The translations under genes and the position numbers were made by a program. This document shows, in pieces, positions 1 through 13,570 of a stretch of DNA of 64,000 nucleotides. Where the stretch lies: assembly GCA_030265395.1 (NCBI GenBank), contig JARFYF010000062.1, positions 20,981,680 to 21,045,679 on the forward strand. Direction: 5' to 3'. How positions within the stretch are numbered: position 1 is the first letter of the stretch; each line of letters opens with the position of its first letter. This DNA comes from Rhina ancylostomus (lineage: Eukaryota). The notes below the pieces were generated by a model. The model was not told where the DNA came from. It searched no databases and saw only the letters and a program-made list of their open reading frames with translations.

Positions 1-186
1 AGTTTGGGAATTTGCCACACACACACGACAAGTTTAGTTAGTTTTTGGGAGTTAATGTTCGGGGTTTAACATTTTTATTTCTAACATTCGAACATTTTTA
101 CTTTTCATTTTTCTTATTATCATAAGTCGTTATTAAGTTACACTTATACATGTCTCGGTGTGTTTCTTTTGTTGCTGATCGTAACA
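1..186 (+). mobile_element. possible 3' end of an LTR (truncated by window start)
   Basis: T-rich segment ending in ...TGATCGTAACA (terminal CA) right at the satellite boundary; weak, pattern only. Confidence 0.25.
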
Positions 187-2553
187 ACACACACAGTCAC
201 TCACTGTACATGCAGAGGTGTGTGCAAACACAGTACCTCACTGGACAGACAGAGATGGGCACAGCCATAGTAGTTCACTGCACTGCCACAAATGTCTGCA
301 TACAGAACCTCACTGTTCACACACAGATGTAAACACACTCTGTACCTCACTGTACAGACACAAATGTGTACAAGCGCAGATGTATCCACACACAGACCTC
401 ACTGTAAGGACCCTAATGTATTCAACCAATGTACCTCACTGTACACACACAGCTTTACACACCCACAGTACTGCACTGTCCAGACACAGATGTGCACACA
501 CAGTACCTCGCTCTACAGACAGTATCATACACACACAGAAGCTCAATGTGCAGACACAGATGTGTGCACACACACAGCATTTCATTCTACAGACTCACGT
601 GTATATGCACACACACGTCACTGCACAGAGAGATGGATGTACGCACAACTTGCTCGACAGTCACAGAAGTATACAGAGTAATTCACTGCACAGGTGTGCG
701 CAGCCACAACATCTCACTGTACAGTCGGAGATGTACACACCCAGAGTATCTCGCTGTATAAATACAAATGTATACACACACAATACACTCTCTAGAAAAA
801 GATGCATTCACCCACAGTCGCTCACAGTAAGGACACAGATGTACACACACAGAACCTCACTGTGCACACTCAGATGTACACAGCCACAGTATCTGACTTG
901 ACTGATACAGATCTATACACACAGCGTAGATAACTGAACAGACACAGATGTTTACACACACAGAACCTCACTGCACAGACACATACTGCACATGTGCAGT
1001 GCCTTACTGCACAGATGCAGATATGCACACAGTGTACCTCACTGTACACACACAGATGTGTACACCCAGAGTGACGCATTTTACTGAGACAAATGTTTAC
1101 ACACACAGTACCTCACAGTACAGATACAGATGGACAGTATATTTGCACAGTACCCCACTGCAAAGACAGTGATGTACACACCCACTGTACCTCACAATCC
1201 AGACACAGATGGACACAAAGGAAGAACCTCAATGTCCAGGTACAGATCCATCCAGCGACAGTGCCACACCATCAGGACACAGATAATACGCACACTAGCT
1301 CAGTGCACAGACTCAGATGTACACAACGGCAGGACATCACTGTACCGACACTGACACACACCTACAGTGCCTCACTTTACAGCACAGATATACACACAGG
1401 AACTCAATGTGCAGACACTGACATATACACACACAGAACATCACAGCACAGGCACACATGTATACACACACAGTGCCTCACTGCAAGGACACAGATATAT
1501 GCACATCCAATACTTCCCTAAATGACACTGATGTTCACACACTAAAGATCACTATACAGACACAGATGTGTACACCAACCATGCCTCACTGCATGGACAC
1601 AGATGTGTGCACACACAATAGCTCACTGTATGGACACGGATGAATTCACACACAGTATGTCACTGTCCAGACAGAAGTATGCACACTCAAGTCATCATTG
1701 TACAGACCCAGATACACACACTCAGTACCTCACTGCACAGATACAGATGTACAAACAAACACTACCTCCCTGTACTGACACAGATGTTTGCATGCAAAGT
1801 ATCTTTCTGTACAGACGCAGATATACATACGCACAGTACCTCACTGTACAGCTACAGTAAGTACCTCACAGTGAGGTCACAGATGTATACACACAGTTCA
1901 CTGTTCAGATACAGATGCATACATTCACAGAACCTCACTATACAGATACAGATGGATGCAGACACAATAACTGACTGTATTGACATGGTTCAATAACCTA
2001 CAGTACCTCAGTGTCCAGACACAGATGTAAGCACCCAGATTACATCACTATCCAGACAGATGTATACACAGTGACTCACTGTAAGGCAATAGATGTGTAC
2101 ACACACAATACATCACTGTACGACCACTGTACAGAGACAGATATATACAGAGTACCACACTGTACAGACTCTGATGTAAACACACACAGCACCTCTCTGT
2201 ACAAACACTGATTCATACAACGACAGTTACTCTGCGTATCACAGATGGATACCCTCACAATACCTTTCTGTATATCCACAGTGGATGATGGTACAGATGC
2301 AGATGTTTACACACAATGCATCACTCCACAGACAGATTTATACACCCACAGTTCCTCAATGTGCAGACACTGATGTGTACAGACACACAACCTCTCTGTA
2401 CAGACTCCGATCTCTACACCCACAGTACCTCACCGTACAGACACAGATATACTCTATACACACATTGTACCTGACGGTCCAGATGCTTGTGTATACACAC
2501 ACAGTAAAGAACTGGACAGTCAGGCTTATACACACACATCTTCGTCACTTTGC
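187..2553. repeat. degenerate CA-rich minisatellite, ~35-39 bp unit
   Basis: Recurring unit ~CACACAGTACCTCACTGTACAGACACAGATGTGTA; explains the many H/T/Q/C-rich ORFs; ends at a gap. Confidence 0.92.
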
Positions 2554-2653
2554 NNNNNNNNNNNNNNNNNNNNNNNNNNNNNNNNNNNNNNNNNNNNNNN
2601 NNNNNNNNNNNNNNNNNNNNNNNNNNNNNNNNNNNNNNNNNNNNNNNNNNNNN
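2554..2653. other. assembly gap (100 N); identical-size gaps at 3191-3290, 13706-13805, 15982-16081, 19295-19394, 23546-23645, 42291-42390, 46078-46177, 59572-59671
   Basis: Nine runs of exactly 100 N, typical of unsized scaffold joins. Confidence 0.99.
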
Positions 2654-3324
2654 CCGATCTCTGAGGTAGAGGCGTATAACACAAATATTTTACCAAGATA
2701 GAAATGCATGTCAGTCCCAAATAGAAACAGGAAATGGTGGAAATACTCGTTCCTGGTGAGAGGATTGGAGCAAATATTTCAATTCGGTGTTCTTTGGTCA
2801 GATCGTTGAAGACACAAATTGAATGACCCCAAGCATCTCCTGAACAAGTACAATTAACATTGCACTTGGTAGTTGTGAATCTCAGCAACGGCCGTTGTTA
2901 GATTTCGATTTAACATGCGTGTTGATATGAAAGGGAAGTGGAGCGTCAGGGCTCCTGGGTTTGGGAAATGACAGTGAGAAGACTTAATTAGCTCATTGAG
3001 AGAGCACCCTGCCAATTGGCGGCACTGAGGATTTGCCGCACAGGGAAATGAGGTGCTGGGCCCTGTGTAACATCGACCTGCAACCAGAGGGAAATGAGCG
3101 TCAAGGCCCAGTGTAACAGCGACATGCCGCCGTAAGGTATGGAGGGCTGGGCTCTGTGTAACTGTAGAGAAGCCAAGTAGTGCAGATGGTNNNNNNNNNN
3201 NNNNNNNNNNNNNNNNNNNNNNNNNNNNNNNNNNNNNNNNNNNNNNNNNNNNNNNNNNNNNNNNNNNNNNNNNNNNNNNNNNNNNNNNNNAAGGCAATAA
3301 TGGAGCCAAATTGAGGACCAGAAC

Positions 3325-3560
3325 TCAGAACCATGATAGGAGGTGTGAGGGGCATGTTTTTAAACAGTAATATTGGGTGACCGGAAGGCGCTGCCTGGGG
3401 TGATAGTGCAGCAAATACGGTAGGGGCTTTCAAGAAGCTCTCAGACTGGCAAATAAATATGAAGAAGTTGGAAGAATTTGGACATTGCACAGGCAGAAGG
3501 GACAGATGGCCACATATTTACTAATTTAATCGGTTCGGCACAACATTGTGGTCGAAGGGC
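3325..3560 (+). mobile_element. CR1-type LINE 3' end
   Basis: Typical CR1 3' UTR ending GGCACAACATTGTGGTCGAAGGGC; the tail resumes as CCTGTT after the inserted LTR. Confidence 0.7.
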
Positions 3561-3963
3561 TGTCATGGTTCTGAGTTCTTGCCTTCAATTTGTTTCCATT
3601 AATGCCTTGTTGTCCAGCACATGCCTTGCTTGACTGATTATATAACTACCCACACCTGAGCCCCATGAGGGGCCTGGCATCACTACCTGTGTTTCTCCAG
3701 CATAGTGTTGCCAGAGTATTGGTCTGCCTTTGTGTTTACTTTGGCTCCTAGTTGCTTAGAGTGCTCTGCTCAAGAGCAGTCCTGTGTTCTCTATTCTGTT
3801 TCAAAGATCCAGTTCGTGTTGGGATTCCTCTTCCGATCTCTGAGACAAGATTCCTTCATGTTACTGCCTTTGTTTGTCATGAGGAAGTATTCTGACTCCA
3901 GTCTTGTATCGGTGTGCCGCATTTGTGTTCTCTGTGAGTTTGCTCTTGATCAACATTGTGACA
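3561..3963 (+). mobile_element. solo LTR (~403 bp), family A
   Basis: TGTCA...TGACA termini; flanks AGGGC/AGGCC (5-bp TSD with one mismatch); inserted in a CR1 tail; three more copies in the window; orientation assigned by convention. Confidence 0.8.
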
Positions 3964-4714
3964 AGGCCCTGTTCATGTGATGCACTGTCTGTGATCTACG
4001 TTATATGTTTACAGAAACAGCACCGGATGTTAGTGGATTTGAGATGATCCACTACGTATGGCAAAGGATTGAGTCATGATCAGTGCTTGAGGTTTGCTAG
4101 GGACTTGATTGATCAAGGGATCCATATCTATGCAGAATGGCCACATGAATCAGATCTTCCAGCTCACAGTTTTTTGCAAAGTGATCCTAATTCTGCTGAG
4201 TGAACTGTATTTCCTAATTGGATCAGCACCTCCATTTCCTGCCGCTAATTGCAATAACGAATCGATTCAAGGTTCAAAACGTGTGTTTAATTCTGTTATG
4301 GATGCAGAATGTGCAGCCAGCATTCCTGTGTGCAGTGAACGTTACTTCTTCATTGCGGTGACAATGTATCCAACGAATCCCTCAACCAAGTTGAAGTCAG
4401 CATTCCCATATCTCCCTGAGGCGCTGTCAAGTTCTGCTGAAAGCCTGTTATTCCAATGTCACTTGCTCCCACCTACAGAGAGACAGTGTCACTAAAGTCC
4501 ACGTGCCCTTGAATTTATTGAATTGCATTGTCTAACAAATAAACCGATGAACAAGATGAATCGCTGCTTGGATGGAATTGGAAAGATATATGTTTTAGAA
4601 GCGATCAGAAGTCAGGAAGCATCTCCTGAGAGTAAAAAGGCATTAAAATCACATCGGTTACCTTTGTTAGAAGTTGGGTAAAGAAATCATCAGAGATGTT
4701 AAAATGGCAGATAT

Positions 4715-5040
4715 AGTTCCATAGAACCATAGAACAATACTGCACAATACAGGCCCTTCCGAACAACGTGTTGTGCCGCCCATCAAACCACACTTGACAC
4801 AATCTAACCCTTTCCTCCCGCATATCCCTATATCCCACAAGCCTCTATATGCCGATCCAATAACCTCTTGAACCTGTGCAACCTATCTGCCTACACCAGC
4901 ACCCCAGACAGCGCAGTCCATGCACCGACCACTCTCTGGGTGAAAACTATCCCTCTGACATCGTCCATGAACTCCCCCACCCCATTACTTTAAATCCATG
5001 CACTCTTGTCTCGAGCATTGGGGCCCTGGGAAAGAGGCAT
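4715..5040 (-). mobile_element. CR1-type LINE 3' end
   Basis: CATAGAACCATAGAAC tail, ACAGGCCCTTC motif and reverse-complement CR1 3' region. Confidence 0.7.
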
Positions 5041-5577
5041 CCTGTTCGGTTGCAGCTGATGGATTTTGTGTGCCTGACCAAACCGTGAACCGTGAATATA
5101 AACAGTGAAATGTATGGCCGTTGAGGGAGTTGAACAACAGAGCGCCCCGGTGCACAACAGCAAATATCCCCAAAGATGGCAGCACACGTTGATAGGTAGT
5201 TAACAGCGGGCATTACTGAAAAGACACAATTTTCCAGCAAGCCCGTGAATAAATTTTTGCCCATCCAATTTTCAGCATTAGAATTTTATCCGTCTCCGCC
5301 TTGCCTAATCAGCTACCTGCCTAAATGCATCTCAAACATTATAATTGTATCTGATTTTCCCATTTCACCACCTCCTCGGGCAGAGCGTTCCGGACAACAA
5401 CTCTTGGTGAAAACAATGTTGTGCTCAGGCTTATTTTAAACTTGTACCACTCACCTTCAACTAGAACATTCTTATTTTGACAGTCCTATCACTGGGAAGC
5501 GATCCTGAATATTTACCCTACCTATGCACATGATAATTTAATGAACCTCTATTTAGTCACTACTCAACCTTCTTGTT

Positions 5578-7260
5578 TCATGGATACAGTGAATTTTCGC
5601 GGATAATAATATTATTCGGTGAGTTCGCAAAAAGTCGATCGGGCGAAGTAGCCTTCTGTATCGTTAGCAAAGAAGCAGTCAGGGGATACGGGTGAGGAGT
5701 CAGTATTGTAAGATGTTCCGTGACGATCAGCAGGGAAATGAAGGTAAATATATGGAAGCACCAACCTAAACAGGTGGTACTCCGCATCGCTCCCCCATTC
5801 CTTCCACTGAAGTCAGCGGCAGCATCCTTCCAGAAAACAGGCCGATCAATACCTCATAGTAACACGAATTCATCAAACCATGTGTCAACAAGTCTTCACG
5901 ACTGAGGAAATAAAGATCTTCCGGACAGCTTTCTCACAGGACCACACCTACAGGAGAGGCAAAAGAGGCTGGGACCAACTCTGAATGTTGGAAACCTCTC
6001 CAAACAATGGTGGCGCAGGTCAAATCACCGACTGAAAGGAAGGTCCATCCTGGCCACAGTTGTTCCATCTCTCTCCACAGTGGTAACTGTAAGCTCCACC
6101 CAGCACAGTTTTCTCAATTCCACATTCGAATGCAAGCTGCACCTTGGACTTGTTGTTTCCAGCTCCATGCAGAGTGGGGCAGTCTTGTCTCCACCCTCTC
6201 GCCAACTATTCTCCATGGACACCATTGGAAGTAAACTCCATCCTAGTCCTGCATTTTTTGGCTGACTATTTGAATAATGGCGGCGAACCTCACGAATGCT
6301 GTATCATTGCTGATACATTGCACGCAGGACACATTTCCCAAGAATCGTGCTGATGGATTCGTCATGCTGCAGAAAATAATTCGAAATACTGGCTGTGGCA
6401 TTCATGTTGAAGAACACGAGGTAACGCCCCTTATAGAATTAGTCCTGGACGTACCCATACCATGAAGGCACAGGGAGTTGAGTGCGCTGCCGGAACTTAC
6501 GTTGCACGCTGCCCCGATTGTTTTCCATCAGCTACTGTAATCTATTCTCACAGTGTGTATGCATGCAACAGCCTTGCATATTCTTGCCACAATGGAAAGC
6601 GAAAGGATTTGTTCCCCTGGACGACGTCTCTTTCCTCTGTCACACCACTGAAGTACATTTTCCAGAAGGCTCAGGGACATCAGTGCATGGATATTAAGGT
6701 CGAAGCACAGAATCGGGCATCTCTCATTGGGAATGTGCATCCTGATGATTTGTCCAAATTGTTGATCCAAGCGCATCGTCTCGGGGCGCCGCGGCTCGAT
6801 GAATCAGTGCCTGACGCTCCTGTTAAATATACACTGCAGACCTTGTTCATACAGGGCTCGCCGCCAGTGGGCTACTCGCTTCCCTTTGAAGATGGTTTCG
6901 AATTGAAGGAGGGTAGGTGCGTTTTATCCACTCCAAATAGTACTCAGACGACCTTTCCGTCCCACGATGTTCATTTCCATTAAGAATTCTAACCACGAGC
7001 CAAAGTGTTAAAATCTATGTTGGCCGTGTGAGAGAATCTTCCGTGCACCATAATATAAGAAATGTTGTTAATTGTGCCCAAATTAACCCTGAGCAGCGCA
7101 CTGACAAAAGAGAACCGCGACACATCCGACAAGCCAGTGTTCTGTGGACTGCCTCACAAATTCATTGCGTCAGACACTTCCCGACTTGCAAGGCGTGTGC
7201 GGTGTGGGCGGAGGGGGCTCGAGGGATTAACGGTACAAATATATCCTCTGCATTGTGGAT
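5578..7260 (-). pseudogene. decayed orphan coding sequence, family not recognised
   Basis: One minus frame 6528-5578 (~317 codons) has only 5 internal stops, 4 of them TGA; a second frame 6980-6528 has 2 internal stops; in-register antisense shadow ORF 6462-6983. Confidence 0.45.
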
Positions 7261-7412
7261 ATCTTCTTTTAATATATCTTCTTTAAAATATCTTTATCTT
7301 CTTTATAATCCTTCTTTAATTCTTCTATAATTCTTCTATATATCCTTCTTTTAAAGAAGGATATCTTCTTTAAAATCTTCTTTAAAAGATATCTTCTTTA
7401 TCTTCTTTAAAA
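7255..7412. repeat. AT-rich low-complexity repeat (ATATCTTCTTTAAA-like)
   Basis: Directly visible short tandem degenerate units. Confidence 0.8.
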
Positions 7413-7479
7413 ACTCTGATAAGGTAACCACGTTTACACGATGGATCTATTTACTATCAACCAGACACTTCACATTGGC

Positions 7480-7900
7480 GAAGAAATAGAAGCTGTCTTT
7501 GGCTCTGGGGGATCGGGCGATCAAGCTATTGTATGTCTGGCCAGATAGTAGGGGAATATACGAGGTGAACTGGGTTGGGAGTGGCCTTCGATTATGATGG
7601 CTATTTTTCCGTGGTATCGGGAAGTTTTGACACAGTCAATGGAGAAGAAGCTGGTTTTCGTAACGGTTACGTCACGTCTCTCTGCAATGACTTTACGGTC
7701 TCTACCAAGCTGTGATGCATCCGACTAGGATGCTTCCTATGGTGCATCAGTAAAAATTTGTGAGGTTCATCGGGGACCTGCCGAATTTCATGAGTCTTCT
7801 GACTAAGTAGCGGCGCTGTTGTGCTTCCTTGGCCATAGCGTCCACGAGGATGAACTACATATCGCCGGTGTTGTTTGCATCTGGAAATCTGAATCTTTCA
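7480..7900 (-). mobile_element. Rex1/Babar-like LINE fragment
   Basis: CCAAGCTGTGATGCATCCGACTAGGATGCTTCCTATGGTGCATC...; resembles the reverse complement of the RT C-terminal region of this clade. Confidence 0.55.
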
Positions 7901-8929
7901 AGCAAAATAGGACATGGCCCCTAATAACCGGAGAAAAGTAATGTGCCTGAGTGAATATTTGGAGATTAACGTATTTCCCAATTGTATATTCAGCCGATAA
8001 AATGATTTTTTGGATTGAATTTCCAGAAGAGGATTCACAGGAAGGAAACGTAACAACATGTAAAAAGGCATCTGTCCAGCTGCTTGAATGAGTAAGTCAT
8101 GAGGGATATGGAACTAATGCAGGCAAGCGGGATTTGTAGAGATGGACACTTCGGCCGTCATAGAGCTGGTGGGTGGAAGGGTTTAGTTTTCTTATCTGCA
8201 ACTCTCCGAGCCTGTACATCTGACGTTCAAGTTTCTGTCTGTACAAATCTAACTAGTTCCAATGCTCTAACGGTTAAAACATCTGTACCAATTCAAGGGT
8301 CTGGAATATGATGATTGCATTGATATCTTCCACATGGGGACTTCCTTTTCCGATGAGGTAATTGCGTACTTTTACGACTGCTTGCGTCTTATTGGCTTTA
8401 TTGATGTGATTTTCTGGGGGCCTACATGTGTTTGAATGCTCTTTTCGTTGGAGATCCTTACGACTTTGACATCGATAAAAAAACACACAAGGTGGATTTG
8501 ATTCACCACTAACCGAGACCATTTTTCCAGAACAGTAACTTGCAGCCCTGAGCGGGCAATGAGAGAATGGACATTTTAATGGAGTAGGACTATGGACAAT
8601 GGCAAAAAGACACAAGTATGACTTCGGAGTGTAATTCAAGGTACAGCCTCTAAGGATTTCGTGAATCATAACAGAGAAATTGCAAAGCCGGAGCATTACC
8701 ATGCAGAACTCATGACAATTGGGATATAACTCGAATGACGTATTTTCTTTTGCAGTTCTATTGAACTGCATTTTTGAACGATTTTGAAGCAACATTTTGA
8801 AAGATATTGTATGTTCAGTGTTGGAGTGGAAAAATCGCCAGGCTATAAAGTAATGGTTGTGAAGAAACTCTGGCTCAGAACTTCCTTCAGCGAGATCACG
8901 GACAGCTGGACGACAGCCTTATTCTCACA

Positions 8930-11900
8930 CAACATATTTGCACATTTTCCGGTGTCAGAAAAATATATTTTCTGACCGTTGCTGTTATTGGTGTTCCTGG
9001 TAAGAACATTGGTAAAATAACGTTTGCGTGTGATATGTTTGGAATCGCCCTGTTCCCCGCGGTGCTGTAATGCAGATATTTCAGTGTCCACAGCGTAGAT
9101 ATCCGGAGTTGGATCCCTGTACATTCAGAAATCCCCTTTGCGCTTTGTTCTGTTGCCTTGGTTGAAAATATACGAACAGTTGAAATAGTCGCCCGCAGGG
9201 ATACGGAGGAGAGAGATGGGTTTGCATTTTGTCTCTTATCTTTTTGATGTGGCTGTCACTTAAAATGCCGATAATCGCTGTTGTGCCGCTATCGGGATAT
9301 CGAGAATACCGGCCGAATGGATTTTTTTTTTAAATGCCAACACACCTCGTTCATTTTTTAAAAAAAAGTTACAAAGTATTCTGCGATAATTTTCAGAGCT
9401 TCCAACCGGTTTAACGGGATAGTGGGAATCAGAGTTCGTTGGCATTCAGTAGAGTGCGGGAAACGTTGTTTATGAGCCAAACGCCGAAATTTCCGGAGGT
9501 AAAATGTTCAGAATTTTAGGACTTTAGTGTACCTGACCTTGCTTCCGCATCCCATTACAAATACTCTCAGGAGGGCGAAGACGCAAAACTGCTGGCTCTG
9601 GAGCCGCAGTGAAGGACAGCAGACTTACTCTCTCTGGTCCAACAATCAGTTAGAACAATACATCAGTAAAGTAATTTTGGTATTATTTTAAAGCACCAGA
9701 TTTTATTCAATTTTATACACCTAATTTTAAGTGCAATCTGAGCACTTGATATTGCAAACGAAGAACCTGGAAACATAGCGGTCAGGCAGAAAATATGAGG
9801 AACATTTTTTAAGGAAAATATGAGGGAGAGTTTGAGGTCTGGGACAGGTTATCAGAATTGTGGACGTATGCACAGTTCAAATGTCGCTGACGGATGACGG
9901 TAATCTGGGATTCCAACCACTGTGCTACTGCTCTGTAACCCAGTAGTTAACACGTTGTGCCTGCTGTATTGGTCAGGGTATGATTTTGCAGAACTCGAGC
10001 CGCAAACAAAACCCTGTTGTTATTGAATGAAAATATTCGAGTGAGTTGAAAAACTTTAAAAGATGCATATAGTTCAACGTTCAACCAGGCCGATAGAAAA
10101 AGCGAGTATATTATTAATAGGTGCTATTCATTTATATGTGCAGCGTTTCTTTTCTTTGATGTCTTGGACCAAATATGTGCTACATCGACGCTCCACTGTT
10201 AAGCTCCAGTCATCCATAATCTTCCGGACGTTGCTGGCATTGATCTAGAAGTTTTCATGGGAAATTGGAAGTTATATTATTTAACATTTCAATGTTCTAT
10301 CAACCCCCCACAATCAACTGTCCAATAATTAAGAAAACCCGAAATTTTGTCGCCTAACTCGCCGCTTCCTGACTCCCGCGGTTCGTTCCACTCAGCGGGG
10401 CCGCCAGCTGCACCTTGCACTGAAAATCACTTCATTCCTCTACCCCCACGCACTTGGAAGTTATCTGACTCTACGTTTCCTGCTGCATTGAAAGTTGTGG
10501 AGTAAAATGGAAATGTATATTTCTGCTTGGTAACCTCAGATAAAATAAAATTAAAAAAGATGTCAGAGTTTCAACGTTATTTTATTTTAAAGATGATGGG
10601 TGTTACAAAAGAGCGCGGGAAACAGAACCGCATATGCTTCAAGGAATGGTGGCCTTTCAATGAATGGACGGGGAGAGCGTCAACCCGGGCAAAGATGGGT
10701 GGAGATAATCCGGAAACGGGGCCACGGTATGAGGAAGGACGGAACAAAATCTCTATCGGAGCAGCCCGATTCCAAACTATTGATATTTCCGAATTGTCCA
10801 GTAAAGTATTTTCGGAGACTTTCTGTACAACAAAACTTAAAATATATTGTCATACACTTCCCAGCACCCAACAACTCCTGCGTGTTCCGCAGACATGAGC
10901 AGAGGGAAAAGCTGAACCTGAATACATTGAGTGACATCAAAGGCTGACAGCCTCAACAATGCAACATATTTAAGTTATTCTGATACGCTTGAGTCGTGAC
11001 CGATGAGAACAATGTCAGGATTGTCAGACGAGTATTTTCTCCGATTAATACTCTGACACAATTTTACTTCTCTTTTATGTAGTGTTATGAAGTCTAAATA
11101 TAAAATTTCCATGAACCCGGCAACATTCATTGGTGGGGGAAAATATAACGAAATTAGTTTCATTGTACCGTGGATACCACCAGCAGCGCCAGTGAATTGA
11201 ACGGAGCGCAGGACTAAGTAGACTTCCACCCAGCTGAGAAACATCGGCTTCTCTTAATTATTGCCCATCGGTTTGGGGAGGGAAGGGGTGGTTAATAATC
11301 GATTGATACCGATGAAGCCCCTTCTGCTGTGAGTTAACAATTCACAACCCTCTGCATCCTGGTACAGCTTCATGTCATCCCGGTGATACGCGTTGGAAGT
11401 ATGGAAGAGTCGAGTTGTTCGTCTTCGTTTTGTTACCCTCTTAATCTCTACCCTTATTGACCACAATCCAAAATTTTATTGTGATTGACCCCAGGCGCAA
11501 TTGTCTGTCCTGAGAACCACAAAGAGATTCTTCGGTCATTTAGTCATCCTTTACTTTGCATTCTCAGTGAATTTCTTGGCAATTGTTATCCTGTCCCGAG
11601 GAAAGTGCGGTCTCTCCACCTGCACCACTCGCTACCTGGTGGCCATGGCAACGACAGATCTACTGACGATCATTAATGAGGTGATACTGTGGAGGGTCAG
11701 TTATTATTATTTCCCTGTGACATTCCTGGACATCGCCCCAGTGTGTAGTGTTAGATTTACCCTGGGAAGAGCAGCAGTACAGTGTTCTGTCTGGTTCACC
11801 GTCACTTTCACATTTGACAGATTCGTCGCCATTTGTATTAAGAAGCTGAACGCAAAATATTGCTCTGGGGAAACTGCGGCTGTGGATATGACGACAACCG

Positions 11901-12477
11901 GCGTCCTGCTCTGTGGAAAATGTGTTCCCTTCTATTTTACATGGCGACCCGGGAGGGTGATAGACCATGTACTCTGGGACTCTTTTCAGAAGCCGAGCTA
12001 CTTAAAGGAACCCGGATGGGTGGCATTTGGCTGTCTGGATACCGTTTTTACACCATTGCTCCCGTTCATGTTAATAATGTTGCTCAATGCTCTGACAGTA
12101 AGACATATATTAGTGGCCAGTCGCTGCGGTAAGCGGCTGAGGATCCCGAGCAGGCGGGGAACGTCAGCCACCCGGATATGCAGAACAGGAAGCGGACTGT
12201 GATCTTGCTCTTCACTGTATACTGCAGCTTTATCCTCCTTTGGTTCCTGTATGTGATCGAAATTCTGTATTACACCATGGGGAGAGTGGATCGCAATAGC
12301 TATAACGATTCCGAATACATATTTTCACAATCCGGAGTCCTGTTACAGATGTTAATTTGCTGCAAAAACACGTTCATTTATGGGGTGGCTCAGTCCAAGT
12401 TCAGAGAGCAGTTCCTGAACGCAGCAAGATATCAGTTGACCTTAATTGTTCAATTGAGAAATAAACCTAGCAACTGA
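8930..12477 (+). pseudogene. GPR139/GPR142-like class A GPCR, two exons (exon 1 ~8930-8999; exon 2 11568-12477), frameshifted
   Basis: Exon 1 ...RKIYFLTVAVIGVP G|GTAAG lacks an ATG; acceptor TTCTCAG|TG gives VNFLAIVILSRGKCGLS, YLVAMATTDLL, SVWFTVTFTFDRFVAIC, FTPLLPF; frameshift ~12155; NTFIYGVAQSKFREQF; TATA-like GGCTATAAAG at 8841. Confidence 0.88.
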
Positions 12478-12934
12478 GCTCTTTCAAACACGGGTCGGTC
12501 ATGTGTTTACAATTCAGACACACGATGATTGGCTGGTTACCTGAACACTTTCCATTGGGGAGAATGGAAAGGATCAGAATGAAGAGTAACAACCCGAACA
12601 AAGCATCTTCGGCCACCGAGCCCGCGCTGTCAATCAACTCGCATTTTACCTGATCCTACCCGTCTCCATTTTATTCCGCCCGCCTCCCTATCAACGGTCC
12701 ATTCTCCACCCGATATTCATTCTCCCGCTTTTATCTATGCGAGGCCTCATTTACAGCTAGTCAACTATAATGCTGCAGATCTTCGTCATAGAGGAGAAGG
12801 AAACGGCAACCGAATGGTACAATTGCTCACTGAAGTCGGAGAAGTGTGCAAGCATGGAGTGACAATTGTTTGCCCAAGGAAGACAAGGAGTTGTAGGAAA
12901 GGTGTATGTTTTAACTTGAAGGATAAAACAAGAT

Positions 12935-13225
12935 ACCTTCATTTGTCGCATGTACATGGAAACACACAGCGATAAGCATCTTCTGCGTAGAGTGTTCTGG
13001 GTACTGCCCGCAAGTGTTGCCACACTTCTGGCGCCAACAGAGCATGCCCACAACTTCCTAACTCGTACGTCTTTGCTTTGGAACGTAGGCGGAAACCAGA
13101 GCACCCGGAGGAAACGCACGCAGAGACCGGGAGAACGTACGAAGTCCTGACAGACACCGGCCGGAATTGAACCCAGTTCTCTGACGCTGCAATAGTGCAC
13201 CGAACCGTTCCACTACCAACCTGCC
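12935..13225 (-). mobile_element. tRNA-derived SINE
   Basis: Reverse strand has B-box GGGTTCAATTCC followed by the GTACGTTCTCCC...TTTCCTCCGGGTGCTCTGGTTTCC core. Confidence 0.75.
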
Positions 13226-13570
13226 GATAGTGCAAATTATACACATAGTGCACATTAGTTCTTCCTCATAAAGGGGTCCGAAGGCAAACTATTATCTCAG
13301 TGGAGAAAGATTGCAGATGAGGGAAGCACAAAGGCATCAGAGAATCGAGAAATATTATCAAGCAAGTGCTTCAGTGTGTTGCGAAAATCAATGGAAACAT
13401 GGTCTTTGTTTCAAGTGGGGTGGTGTTGGGAAATAGGGGTTATGACCAGGACAAAATAAAAGATGCGCAATTAACACAAACAGCATCATTCAAAGAAGCC
13501 AAATTCCCTGACCCCAAAGGCCGAGCTCCACCGAAACATTGTTTTGCACTTAGGACCGATTTCATCAAAA

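Noticed and set aside
187-2553. CACAGTG/CACTGT words resembling V(D)J recombination signal heptamers, and a superficially CRISPR-like periodicity
   Set aside because: No nonamers at 12/23 spacing, no V/J segments, no unique spacers; eukaryotic satellite
150-2701. Many overlapping His/Thr/Cys-rich ORFs up to 227 aa
   Set aside because: By-products of the CA-rich satellite; open in several frames with no domain signature
4020-4475. Minus-strand exon-like segment after a TCTCTCTGTAG acceptor
   Set aside because: Stops in all frames and no family recognised
6462-6983. 173-aa plus-strand ORF
   Set aside because: In codon register with the minus-strand decayed frame; best explained as an antisense shadow
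8274-8795. 173-aa minus-strand ORF
   Set aside because: No recognisable motif or splice context; lies just upstream of the GPCR promoter region
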